This document shows positions 25,301 to 38,388 of a stretch of DNA of 64,000 nucleotides, one piece after another. Made by a program: the position numbers and the translations under genes. Source of the DNA: Sphagnum compactum (taxonomy: Eukaryota). Location: positions 21,814,213 to 21,878,212 of the forward strand of contig OZ234493.1 of NCBI GenBank assembly GCA_965153455.1, read 5' to 3'. The number at the start of each line of letters is the position of its first letter. The stretch's first letter is position 1. The notes below the pieces were generated by a model, which ran no database searches, was not told the origin of the DNA, and worked only from the letters and a program-made list of their open reading frames with translations.

Positions 25301-28300
25301 CATTTGGCTTAACTTTATTTACTTGGATAATAAAAAGTTGGATCTAAAAATCAGATTGATTAATTTGATATTTGATTGATTAACTTAAGTATATTTTTGT
25401 TTTAATAAGTGATTGAAATCACTATTTAAGATAATTATTCCATGTTATAGATTGCAAGTTCAACTTTTTCATGAAAAATTCGTACACCAAGATAAGCTTG
25501 ATCACAATTGTCATTGTACTATTTGTTCCACAAACAATACAACTTTTTTTCAAATTCATGAAACAAAGTAAGAATCATGGAACTCCTAATCAACAACCCC
25601 AACCTCTATACACACCTTTGTTAGCATATTATTTTGAAATTAATCAATTACTTTGGAGTGACCCAAAATGTAGGTATTACATTTAGGGTAGGATCTTCAT
25701 TTAAAAAGGCTTAAACCCCACATGCATACTTTCAGAGTGACCCAAAATGCAGGTATTACATTTAGGGCAAGATCTTCATATAGAGAGGCTTAAACCCCAC
25801 ATGGGTACTTTCGAAATGACCCAAAAAGCAGGTATTGCATTTAGGGCAGGATCTTCGTATAGAGAGGCTTAAACCCCACATGCGTACTTTCGGAGTGACC
25901 CAAAATGCAGGTATTGCATTTAGGGTAGGATCTTCGTATAGAGAGGCTTAAACCCCACATGCGTACTTTCGGAATGACCCCAAATGCAGGTATTGCATTT
26001 AGGGTAGGGTTATATCAAAGTGACTCTGCATGTGCATATTGTGTTTAGGGCTAGGTCTTCACTTAAGGGTATCCAAACCATTTAGATGGGTTTTTTTGAA
26101 ACGTGGGTATTGCATTTAAGCTTGTTATTTCATTTAAACTTGCAATACCCGAACTTATACTTACCTTTACTAATTGGATTTTTGGGGTTTCATTGCAATA
26201 CCTACATTCGTACTTACTTTTACCAACTGGAATTTTGGGGCATAATTGCAATACTTGCACTTGTACTTACTTTTACCAATAAGGATTTTGGGGCCTAGTT
26301 ACAATACCTACATTTAACATTAATATTATCATTATCCTTGTGTTTTTGCATTTCACACTTTTTGTGCTTATTACTTGGAAACAATAATAACCTTTGTGCC
26401 ATATTAGATTTCATGTGTGTGTTGAATACATGATGTTCAAGGAATTTGGGATATGGTTTCCTCCATATAGAATTGATTCTAAAACAAAATTCTTAGTGCC
26501 AATGGCACCAATCTTGATTAGTAATTGAAACATTTATTCATGACATCGTTTAGTATGTACATTTGTGTGATTGAGCATTGTTTCATGCCAATCTTTGAGC
26601 CGTTTGACATTATTTCCCAATCCATCTTCTACACGGCGTAACAACAATCCTGGGTGTGAAATGGCATTTGCCTTTATGAGGCGTATGTTACGAATATTAC
26701 ATGCCAATACTCTCATGTGTGAGGTGGCATGTTCACAAAGTGTCACATCGCCTTCTTTACATTCAATTGTGATCTCTTGCATTGTAGTGACCAATTGTGC
26801 AAGAGCCCTTTCCATCGGGGTTGATGAATTTATTATGTCATCAAACCCTACAATGGCACCCATAGGGAGATCATTTTGCTCCATGTTCATGAGCCCATCA
26901 AATTCCATGATCCCATCATCATCTTCAAGATGATCATCTTCGTCATCATCATTGGCCTCCATATCAGCTGGAATATGTTACGGGTCTGCAAACATGTGAC
27001 CCAACCCTCCACGATGTGATCCATACCATGTTCCATAGTAATGAATGATATCATCTTGAGAAATGTCTGTGCATGTGAGAATGACCACAATTTGGTGTTT
27101 ACACATGTTCCTTTGCAATGCCCATTCGCATGTGCAACAAAACATTTCTGTGAATGGGAATTTCACCGTGTAAATAACATTGGGAAGGCGTTGGCTCCGT
27201 ACGGCCCAAGCTCCATCACTCTCAAGGGTTGGTTGGTACACATGGGTGAGTGGAATAAAGGCTGCCTTTTCCACACTTCGTGTAATAATGGCCTCTATAA
27301 CCTTGTTTTTTATGAAACCCTTTTTTTTTCATTTCCAATGTGTGCATGTAGTGGCGTGCAATGGTTGTTATTAATTGCCACACCAACTAGTCAATCCTAC
27401 GCCCTTTAAGGCCTTTTGTGTCAAGAGCAAACCAACATTTCAATGCACCATGATATGATTCAATGCTGGCTTGGGTGTCTTGGTTGGAATGGGGCACTAT
27501 TCGAACACCCACCATCCATAATTCTACAAACATAAACACTATACATAAAGATGAATAACATTATACAAAATAATTTTGAATGTTAAACCATGATAAATAT
27601 TATCACTTACCAAACTGATGGTAATAAGTCGAGAAATAATTTATCCACGCATCACCAAACCTATATTTATGAAGGCTTTCTCTCACAGCAACCCTCCCAC
27701 GTTCTTTGAAGTCATCAATTGTTTCTCCATGATTGATGGACATGTACATCACATCATGAAGGTCTTGGAGGATTCCATCCCGCACTTCCACATCTTTGAT
27801 TTTTTCAGTACCACATAAGCACCATGCTTTGAGAAGATGCCAACAACAAAGGTAGATGGGAACCTTGTCCATACCCCATACGACCCTAGTAAGGACACAT
27901 ATGCAATAAAATCTCCATGAGTGGATGGGGTTAGTACAACATAAAATGCATTTGAAGTAATCAAGAATTTTATGAAAGATATTTAAAAACATTTAAGGAA
28001 ATAAACACAAAGTCGATACTAGGTATGGAACTAACTGTAATGCCTTAAAATCTTGAGGTGCATCATCAACGAGAAAACATGATGGTTTCCAATGTGGCAT
28101 GTGTGATAAAATCTTCTCTTTTAATGGTTTCAACCATTCGATCAAATCTTGAACTATTTGCCTACTCGTAATGATCCAGGCTAAAGGGACACCCGTGCGA
28201 TGATCATCAAACCCCATCAAGGTGAATAGATGGAATTTCATGTCATTTGTGCCAAATGTGGCATCCATAGAAATGGCACCATTGTGACCATATGATAGCA

Positions 28301-28488
28301 TGGACTCACATTGAGTTGGTGTTTGAATACCTATGATGAATGGGACTTGAGTCCCATTGATTGCACCAACATCTTAGAAAAAGAACACATCTTCCAAATG
28401 TTGGAGAGCCCAAGACCGAATTGAAATTGCAGGGTTGGTGTGTAAACGCCAACTCCCTTTCTTATGTTTCCGATCCAAATATGCAATG

Positions 28489-28625
28489 TGTCATGGCCTA
28501 GGATATTTTGGGATACTTTTGGCAATGTCATGTCCTAGGCTATTTTGGGATACTTTTGGCAATATCATGGCCTAGGATATTTTGGGATACTTTTGGCAAT
28601 ATCATGGTCTAGGATATTTTGGGAC
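28489..28625 (+). repeat. 37-bp tandem repeat x~3.6 in U3 of the LTR (also 34297-34433)
   Basis: t(g/a)tcatggcctaggatattttgggatacttttggcaa at 28489, 28526, 28563 and 28600. Confidence 0.9.
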
Positions 28626-28641
28626 TAGTATGGCTCAGGGT

Positions 28642-28767
28642 TATAAAAGGAGATAGTCTGGGGAACAACCCTTTAGCAGATCAACACCAGTTGATGGGTC
28701 AATAAAGCTTGTCTTGTCTTGTAATTCTCCACTTGTTTGTAGTCGGTCCATAACAGTTTGATCTGCT
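28642..28767 (+). promoter_or_regulatory. LTR TATA box, poly(A) signal and putative self-priming PBS
   Basis: TATAAAA at 28642; AATAAA at 28701; ttgatctgct (28758-28767) is the exact reverse complement of agcagatcaa (28675-28684). Confidence 0.7.
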
Positions 28768-28898
28768 CCTTCTTCTTGTTTGTTTGTTTTGTTGTTTTAG
28801 TAAGTAGCTAGAGGTATATTGGAGTGAAACTTGGAAAGGTTATAGAAGACTATAGGACGCTTCTACTCTCAAAGTTTCAAAAGAAAAGGATATGTTTT

Positions 28899-29551
28899 GA
28901 GAGAGATCCAAGCATTTGAAGTTTCAAGTGCAGATCTGGTTTTTTGGTCATATCTCCTTTGTGTAAGCTTTTTTGGGTCTGTAACTTTGTGATCTTATAG
29001 ATCATATAGGAATATATGTGTGAGAGAAATTTCATGTCATTTGGACTTGTATTGAGAGAGATTCAAGCATCTGAAGTTTCAAGTGCAGATCTGGTTTTTT
29101 GGTCATATCTCCTTTGTGTAAGCTTTTTTGGGTCTATAACTTTGTGATCTTATAGATCATATAGGAATATATGTGTGAGAGAAATTTCATGTCATTTGGA
29201 CTTGTATTGAGAGAGATCCAAGCATCTGAAGTTTCAAATGCAGATCTGGTTTTTTGGTCATATCTCCTTTGTGTAAGCTTTTTTGGGTCTGTAACTTTGT
29301 GATCTTATAGATCATATAGGAATATATGTGTGAGAGAAATTTCATGTCATTTGGACTTGTATTGAGAGAGATCCAAGCATCTGAAGTTTCAAGTGCAGAT
29401 CTGGTTTTTTGGTCATATCTCCTTTGTTTAAGTTTTTTTTAGGTCTGTAACTTTGTGATCTTATAGATCATATAGGAATATATGTGTGAGAGAAATTTCA
29501 TGTCATTTGGACTTGTATTGAGAGAGAGATCCAAGCATCTGAAGTTTCAAG
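28899..29551 (+). repeat. 155-bp tandem repeat x4+ in the retrotransposon leader
   Basis: at(c/t)caagcat at 28906, 29061, 29216, 29371 and 29529. Confidence 0.95.
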
Positions 29552-29590
29552 TTTGAAGATTGAAAGCGCAAAAGTGTGAGAACTACCACC

Positions 29591-30565
29591 ATGGACAACT
29601 CAGAATCCAACATCGATCTCACTCAAATCCTCGCCGCCCTTTAGCACCTTCAACAAGAAAATGCCGTGCTTAGAGACTCGGTGACCCGCCTACAGAATCA
29701 GCCACCACCTCCTGCCCCAGTACTTCCTGCTCTTGCAATGGCCGCCCAAGAGCCCAAGATCAGTCTGCCAGAAAAGTTTGATGGAACGCGCCTCAAATTT
29801 CGAGGCTTTGTCAGCCAGGTACGCCTGATCATGCAACTACACCCCCGTCGTTATTTTGATGACACCACTCGTGTAGGATTCGTTGGAACCCTACTCACTG
29901 GGACAGCTGCAGCATGGTTTGCTCCCATCCTGGAAACATCATCCCCTCTTTTACAAGATTTCAACGCCTTTATGGCGGAATTTGAAGCAGTATTTGGGGA
30001 CAGTGATAAGGCCAGGACTTCAGCCAACAAGCTGCGTCGCCTCCAGCAAAGGACACGTTCGGCCATCGTCTACGCCTCAGAATTCAGGCAGCTTGCCTGT
30101 GACGTCAATTGGGGAGAAGCTGCCTTGATCGATCAGTTTCGCTATGGGCTTCGTGATGATGTTCAAGATCTTTTGTTGACACTCGCAGACCCTTCTTCCT
30201 TCAGTGAAGCTATCACCCAGGCAATTCGGTGCGATAATCGTCTGTTCGAACGTCGCCAGGAAAAGAAAGTCACCTCCAACGCCCAGCTTTGGAACAGTCG
30301 GCCTACTACGCTCCCCTTAGTTCCCCAAACAACACCAGTTGCCCGACCTGCCTCTTTTGGACCTGCTCCGATGCAGATCGACACAGCTAAGTTTAAATCT
30401 TTGACATAAGCCGAGAAACTTCGCCGAAGGACAAACAATCTATGTCTTTACTGTGGCAACCCAGGGCATATAGCTCGTCAATGCCCTCAAAAGCTTGTCA
30501 AACTTCAGGTACAAGCTATGGAAACTCCCCAGGAGTTGGAAAACAAGAACATCCAGTCACAGTAG
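29591..30565 (+). pseudogene. gag: Gag with CCHC zinc knuckle; two in-frame stops
   Basis: ATG 29591; EPKISLPEKFDG, PAPMQID and CLYCGNPGHIARQC; stops at 29642 (TAG) and 30407 (TAA). Confidence 0.92.
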
Positions 30566-33500
30566 GAGCCGTGCGACTGGATCTCACCCAACACCACCTT
30601 TGCAAAGGCTCCTGTTCCGCTGTTGGTCCCAGTCCCAGTTTCACTCAGTATGTGGACATCATTCGTATTCCAGAAGACATACCACAAGTGTCAGCTTTGG
30701 TGGACTCCGGCGCCACCTCTTCTTTCATCGACCAAACATTTGTCGTCCAACACAACATCCCTGTGGTCAAGAAGTCAACCCCTGTTCCAGTAGAGGTTAT
30801 TGATGGGAGAACCATTGCTTCTGGTGTAATCACACACGAGACAACCCCTCTAGAACTCTGTATCGGCACGCACATGGAGAAGATTGTTCTCAACATCATT
30901 TCCACCCCTCACCATCCCATCATCCTTGGTCTGCCTTGGCTAGAAGCACACAACCCTATCATTGATTGGCGATTTAGAACCCTCACCTTCAGCGCACAAC
31001 GATGCACCTCTCAAGAACCCCACGCTCAGAAAAACACTTTGTCAAGTCCTGCCAAGAACCCTGTGGTCGAGAACCCAAAGAGGGTCGGAACCAATTCCAG
31101 TTTTATCAAGTCTGTTATGTCAAATCCTGCAGTCAAAAACCCCCGGTTGGTCAGAACGAAACCTTGTCCTGTCAAGAATCTTGTCAAGAATCCTGCCCAG
31201 AAAACCAACCCTGTCCAGATCTTCGTTGATAGAGCTGTCCCTTTCTATCGGGCTGCTAAGAATCTTCAAGTCTTCGCCATCCATGTCAACCCAGCCAACA
31301 CCACAAACCCCCAATCAGAACCAACACCTGTCAAACTTCCCAAGAAGTACAAGGACTTTGTTGATGTTTTTGAAAAGATTAATGCTGATCAGCTCCCCGC
31401 CCATAGTCCATATGACTGCCCGATTGATCTAGAAGAAGGACACTCACCACCCTTTGGTCCTATCTATGGCCTATCGGAACCGGAACTCCAAGCCCTGCGT
31501 GATTACCTTACTGAAAATCTTGCCAAGGGGTTCATTCAGCATTCCAAGTCTCCAGCCGGCGCCCCAATTTTGTTTGTCAAGAAGAAGGATGGCTCCCTTC
31601 GACTCTGTGTGGATTATCGTGGACTCAACAAGATAACCAAAAAGAATCGATATCCTTTGCCCTTGATTTCAGGTCTCCTAGATCGACTACGTACCGGGAA
31701 GATCTTCACCAAGCTTGACCTCCGTGGAGCCTACAACTTACTCAGGATTCACCCTGGTGATGAATGGAAGACAGCTTTCCGCACACGCTATGGCCACTTC
31801 GAATACACGGTCATGCCCTTCGGCCTCACCAATGCACCCGTAGTCTTTCAGCATCTGATGAATGATATCTTTCGGGATTACATGGACGAATTTGTCGTGG
31901 TCTATTTGGATGACATTTTAATCTTTTCCAAGGACCAGGAAACCCACGACAAACATGTACGATTGGTGCTTGCGACGCTGCGGGAGCATGGCTTATACGC
32001 CAAGTTGGAAAAATGTGAATTCGACAAATCTTCAGTGGCGTTCCTCGGCTACGTGATCTCTCCAGATGGCATTTTCATGGACAAGTCAAAGGTCGAGACC
32101 ATCCAGTGTTGGGCTACTCCATCCTCGGTCAAGGACGTTCAACGCTTCCTAGGGTTTGCCAACTTCTATCGTCGGTTTATCAAAGGCTACTCCAAGATCA
32201 CAACACCGTTAATAACCCTGACTTGCAAAGACAAGCCCTTCTCGTGGAATCCAACGGCCCAGGCTGCTTTTGATACTCTCAAGATGGCATTCACCTCTGC
32301 ACCCATCCTGATACATCCCGATCCTGCCAAGCCATTCATTGTGGAAACGGACGCTTCAGATTTTGCCTTGGGAGCTATTCTATCTCAATTTGGAATAGAT
32401 GGGTTGCTACATCCAGTTGCTTTTTATTCACGGAAGTTAACCAGTGCCGAAATCAACTACCAGGTCTACGATAAGGAACTTCTGGCAATCATCACGGCAT
32501 TCGAGCAGTGGAGACCGTATCTTGCCGGAGCTCAACATCGAGTCCAAGTTCTGACAGATCACAAGAATCTCCTTTATTTCACAACTACTCGGACCTTAAA
32601 TCGTCGCCAAGCACGCTGGTTTATCTTCCTAGCTGATTTCGACTTTGAGATTCAGTATCAACCCGGCACCCAGCAAGGGAAAGCTGACGCGCTATCTCGT
32701 CGTTCAGAATATGAACTTCGAGCGGGGGATGAGGCCTACGGCCAGCAGAACCAGACTTTACTCAACCCCAAGCAATTTCGAGTTGCAGCAACAATCAGCA
32801 CCCTCCCAGACTCATACCTTGTCAGGGACATCAAGATGGCAACTGAGGAAGACACCTGGGCTACCAACATCAAGAAGGAACTCCAGGAACGACCAAGGAA
32901 CCCAAATCGTGATGACTTGGATCAATTTGAGCAGCAAGACGGACTTCTCCTTCGAAATAACCTAATTTCTGTACCCAAAGGACCTATACGCCTAAAAATC
33001 CTGAGGGAATGCCACGACAACACCCTGGCAGGTCACTTTGGAATGGCACGGACTCACGAACTAGTGTCAAGGACTTACTGGTGGCCCAAAATGAACAAGA
33101 TGCTACGGGAGTATGTCAAGTCTTGTGATACATGTGCTCGATCCAAGGCTCCCAGGCATCGCCCGTTTGGACTCCTACAGCCTCTGTCGATTCCTAGCCG
33201 ACCTTAAGGATCTATTGCAATGGACTTCATCACGGACCTCCCTACTGTCAGAACCAAGAATTCAATACTGGTTGTGGTCGATCGACTCACCAAAATGGCC
33301 CATTTCACCCCTTGTTCCAAGTCAATCACGGCAGAAGAGACAGCTCAGTTAATTCTGGACAGGATCGTCCGACTGCATGGACTCCCCGAGGAAATTGTGT
33401 CCGACAGAGGTCCTCAGTTTGCATCCAAGTTCTGGCATCGTCTATTCGAGCTTCTTGGAGTTGACATTCGGCTATCTTCAGCTTTCCACCCTGAGACAGA

Positions 33501-34296
33501 TGGACAAACCGAACGGACAAACCAGACACTCGAGCAATACCTTCGCTGCACTGTGAACTACCAACAGGACGACTGGCTGGACCTACTATCTCAAGCAGAG
33601 TTTGCTTATAATAACACAACACATGCATCAACCGGGATCAGTCCATTCTTTGCCAATTACGGTTTTCATCCCAGGTTCAGCCTTAAAATTCCTGGAGACT
33701 CCGTAAACCCCTCGGCTGAAGAAAGGGCCACGAGGCTTGGATAGGTTCAACAGAACCTTATGGTAGAACTCAAGCTAACACAGGAGTGGCAAAAGAAGCA
33801 AGCAGACCGCCGACGCAAGGACCATCCAAACTTCAAGGTTGGAGACAAGGTATGGCTTCTCAGAAAGAACATTGCTACCACTCGCCCATGTGCCAAGTTG
33901 GATTACAAGCGCCTCGGACCTTTCAAAATCGCCAAATTGGTTGGTCTAGTGGCTTGCCAGTTGGAGCTTCCACCCCAGTTCAAAATCCACAATGTTTTCC
34001 ATGTCTCCCTGCTTGAGCCCTATCATGAAAACCCGATCCCAGAACGTCATCAAGAACCCCCAGCTCCAGTTGAAATTGAAGGCCAAGAAGAGTTTGAAGT
34101 TCAGGAGGTCTTGGACTCCAAGAAGATTCGTGGAAAGCTCCTGTACCTTGTCTTTTGGCGAGGTTATCCTCCTTCTGAAGCTACTTGGGAGCCTGCTGGA
34201 AACCTAGTTCATGCCCAAGACTTAATTAATCGGTTTCACCAACGATATCCTAACAAACCGGCTCCATCTAGAAGATGTCGCTTGAGGAGAGGATAA
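30538..34296 (+). pseudogene. pol: Pol (protease, RT, RNase H, integrase, chromodomain) in -1 frame; two in-frame stops
   Basis: LVDSGAT, YLDD, ETDAS, H-x6-H...CDTC, MDF/VSDRG/TERTN, FEVQEVLD...YLVFWRGY...TWEP; stops at 33205 and 33742. Confidence 0.95.
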
Positions 34297-37200
34297 TGTC
34301 ATGGCCTAGGATATTTTGGGATACTTTTGGCAATGTCATGTCCTAGGATATTTTGGGATACTTTTGGCAATATCATGGCCTAGGATATTTTGGGATACTT
34401 TTGGCAATATCATGGTCTAGGATATTTTGGGACTAGTATGGCTCAGGGTTATAAAAGGAGATAGTCTGGGGAACAACCCTTTAGCAGATCAACACCAGTT
34501 GATGGGTCAATAAAGCTTGTCTTGTCTTGTAATTCTCCACTTGTTTGTAGTCGGTCCATAACACAATGTCTTGAAGCCGAATGAAATCATCTCGTGTCAT
34601 GCTTTGACCCGCATTCACACGTTCCCACCAAATTGCTTTATGCTTGTCATATATTTGTTTGGTCATGTAACCTAAGCTTAGTTGGGCCCATATGTGGTCC
34701 TTCAATGCTTGTGACATGCATGGAGCATAACGAGACATACGAAAAATGGACTCCAGGTCATGCTCACCATGTGTGAATTACCCATCAATTCGTGTATGGG
34801 CCTTATGATAAATTGTGATCTCAGTCACATTAAGTCATGTGTATAGACGTTTGATTGAAAATGACGCTAAGCATCCTCATTTAATAGATCGAGTGTGGGT
34901 TGAATTTTCTCGATAGTCTTCTGGTCCATATCCACATTGATACCTAGACCAAAAAACTTTCAAACATAAATGATTACATCTTTGGTATACGAATTAAAGA
35001 AATTAAAAAGGTTAATGCCATAAATGTTTACCATGTATGCCCGAGGTGGTTTTTGATAGTTGGTTGCTTTACATCTGTTTGGCTTGGAAAGTTTTTGTAA
35101 ACATTCCATTCCACAGGGGTGCTCGTATCCCCTCGTTCACCTTCCAAGAATTCCGAGATGCGAGGATATGGAACATAAGCAAATTGAATGGTCACTTTAT
35201 TTTTCCCTCCATGGCATATCCCAGATGTCCACACCAAGTCTTTGTGTGAGAAAGGGGACTTGGTGGGGTTTTGGACATGAATGGAATGGGACTTTGGAAC
35301 CCTTCCCATGATTGAAGGAAGTAGGACAAATTCTTGCACCAAGAGAATTTATAATTCTATAAACATTCATCATTGAACAATTACACACAATGCAATACAT
35401 ACATGGCTCCTTTAAAATCAATGTTGTGACTTGGAATTCCCATTACAACACCCATATCATGATATAAAATACCTATTGTTCCAATGTACATAATGTACAA
35501 TACTTGCATTATGAACCCATATACTAAAACAAACTTTGGCAATACCCATGTTGAGCTATTAAACCTCCCATCATTGAAAATGTTCACATATGTAATACCC
35601 GGATTATACCTTAAACCCATAATGTCTGAAAACTCCATGTAGCAATACCCACATAATGATAATTAATGCACACTGTTTGAGAGGTGCAAAATGTAATACC
35701 TGCTTTAAGCCATAAAACCCACACTGGTTGTGGGTAGTCAATGAATTATTCGCATATGGGTATGAAAAAATAAACTACAAAGAGATATTGAATATGAAAT
35801 ATCCGTGTAAAGGTATAAAACTTTTATTTATGGTTGTATACTTAATGAAACTTGACGCTTTCTATATCCAATAACTACGAAATGAAAAGAGGTTGAATTG
35901 TGAAAATATAAACAAAAAAACAAAAGAAGTAACACAAGACAAATGCATACCTTTAGGAATAAAAGATGACAACGTTCCACCAAAGTTTGTAGTCCCAATT
36001 GAAAACGCAACCCTAAAAAATCATAATTCGTACAAAAATGGGTTAGAAAATATTAAACTCTAGCAACTATGGAACATAGATGGAACATTGGAAACAAAGG
36101 AGATTCATAATTATGGTATAGATCTAAACAAGTGAAAAGATCAAAAACCAATACAATGAGGAAAATTTAAAGTATAAACCTTAGGCTCTAAAATATATGA
36201 ACCAAATTCCTATACACTTAATAATAAAGCATAACCCTAAAAATCCAAATGATATTTTGTAAAACCCCATGTAGCAATACCCACATAATGATAATTAATG
36301 CACATTGTTTGAGAGGTGCAAAATGCAATACTTACCTTAAGCCATAAAACATACACTGGTTGTGGGTAGTCAATGCATTATTCGCATATGGGTATGAGAA
36401 AATAAACTACAAAGAGATATTGAATTCGAAATATCCGTGTAAAAGTACAAAACCTTTATTTATGGTTGTATACTTCATGAAACTTGATGCCCTTTCTATA
36501 TCCAATAACTAGGAAATGAAAAGAGGTTGAATTGTGAAAATAGAAAAAAAGAAGAAGAAAGTAACAAGAGATAAATGCATACCTTTAAGAATAAAAGATG
36601 ACAACGTTCCACCAAAGTTAGTAGTCCCAATTGAAAACGCAACCCTAAAAAATCATAATTCGTACAAAAATGGGTTAGAAAATATTAAACTCTAGCAACT
36701 ATGGAACATAGGAAACAAAGGAGATTCATAATTATGGTATAGATCTAAACAAGTGAAAAGATCAAAAACCAATACAATGAGCAAAATTTAGAGTATAAAC
36801 CTTAAAATCTGAAATATGTGAACCAAATTCTTATACACTAAATAATAAAGCATAACCCTAAAAATCCAAATGATATTTTTCCATAAGCCTTATTACAACC
36901 CTAATTATACAAACCCTAACAAAAAAACGTCTTAGTGTATATGCCCTAAACCCAAAAAACTATACAAACTATACAAATTATATAATGCAAAATACGTTAA
37001 TATTTAAATACAATCAAATAAATTTCATACAAAACCAAAAGAGAAGATATGTTTTTTGCCTTTGTGTGATCTTTCCAACTTAATTTTTTCCACTCTTTTT
37101 AAAGAAGATATAGAATGCAATTGTATTACTTCACATATGTATAAACCCTAAAAATTTCCCCCCAAATTTAGCTTACTTTAGATTAATTACTATACATTTG

Positions 37201-38388
37201 TGAAAATTTATTAATTAATTTATGTGTTTCAGCCCTAAACCTAAACCATAATCCAATAGTACATACTTATAATAATTACATGAAAAGAGCATTGTAATGT
37301 CCATTCAATAATAAATTAAATAAACAAAATTTAGTAGGGTTGAGGGGGGGGTGGGGGTGGAAAAAGTGAGTAGGTAGTTAATTAGGTATTTGGCTATGTG
37401 AAAAACATAGATAGATAGGTAGTTAGGTAGATAAGCAAGTTAGTACATAAGAAACAAGTTACCTTATCAAGGTGACTAAAATATTTATGTCAATAGGGTG
37501 GTTGTGTATGTAGGGTAGGTAGGTCAATAGGGTAGGTAGTTAGTATAGTGGTTAAGTTAGTAAGGTATGTAATTAATAGGGTAGCTAGGTTAGTAGGGTA
37601 GGTGGTTAGTACAATAGCTAGGTCAATAGGATAACTAGTTATTAGGGTAGCTGTGTCAGTAGGGGATAATAAATAAGGTACCAAGGTTGGTGCAATAGTT
37701 ATGAAGGTAGAAAAGTGAACAGGGTAGCTATGTGTGAGGTCAGGTCAAGGGAAAAACGACCAAGAACCAGAAAACAAAAGTACAATGGTCAGCAGCAAAA
37801 AGAAATGGACTGTCATGAACCCCATCCAGCGCCGAATGAAAAAACGCAAGGCATCCAGTGGACAGAACGGCCAACTAGTGCATTGGTGGCTACTGGTTCA
37901 CTCTGTTCCAGGGCCTTGTACCTATTCCACAAATAACTACCTGGAAGCAACTCAATGCAATTAAGAATTTGTTTTCTTGTGACTTAAAAAAAAATGCCAC
38001 GCGCGGACTTGTTCCCAGGTTTTACCGATGACTGCTGGTTTTACAAAGGACATTTTCAGGACTCCCCAATTGATAGGACGACCATGGAGTCGACTGCTGG
38101 CTTTACAAAGGACATGTTAGGACACTACAAATCACAGCACAACAATAGATGGCTCACGCTCCTATAAATGGCTCACCCAAAAGATTACACCACAAGTTTT
38201 TCTTGGCAAAGGCTCACTTACCAGGTAGCTTCTATAGGCAGTTATGATGAACGTTGTGGAACGGACAATGAGATAAATGTAAGGTAAAGGTTGGGAAACA
38301 CAACTTTACCAGGCAGCCTCTACAGGTTGCTTACCCTACCAACCTCCCGCAATTTGGCAAACGTTCAATTACCAGGTAGCTTCTATAG

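Larger units (their letters stand above)
28489..34563 (+). mobile_element. Full-length Ty3/gypsy chromovirus LTR retrotransposon, 6,075 bp
   Basis: 267-bp LTRs (28489-28755, 34297-34563; TG...CA; one mismatch seen); 5-bp TSD caatg (28484-28488, 34564-34568); PPT gaggagaggataa 34284-34296; order gag-PR-RT-RH-IN-chromodomain. Confidence 0.98.
26534..35309 (-). pseudogene. MULE transposase, second copy, split by the LTR element
   Basis: Same motifs and exons as 8056-10749; reading interrupted at 28489-34563; further frameshifts and stops. Confidence 0.9.
21107..37908. mobile_element. MULE family A copy lacking its left end, carrying a nested LTR retrotransposon
   Basis: Collinear with ~3965-14967; right TIR caactagtgcattggtggctactggttcactctgttc at 37872-37908. 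Confidence 0.9.
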
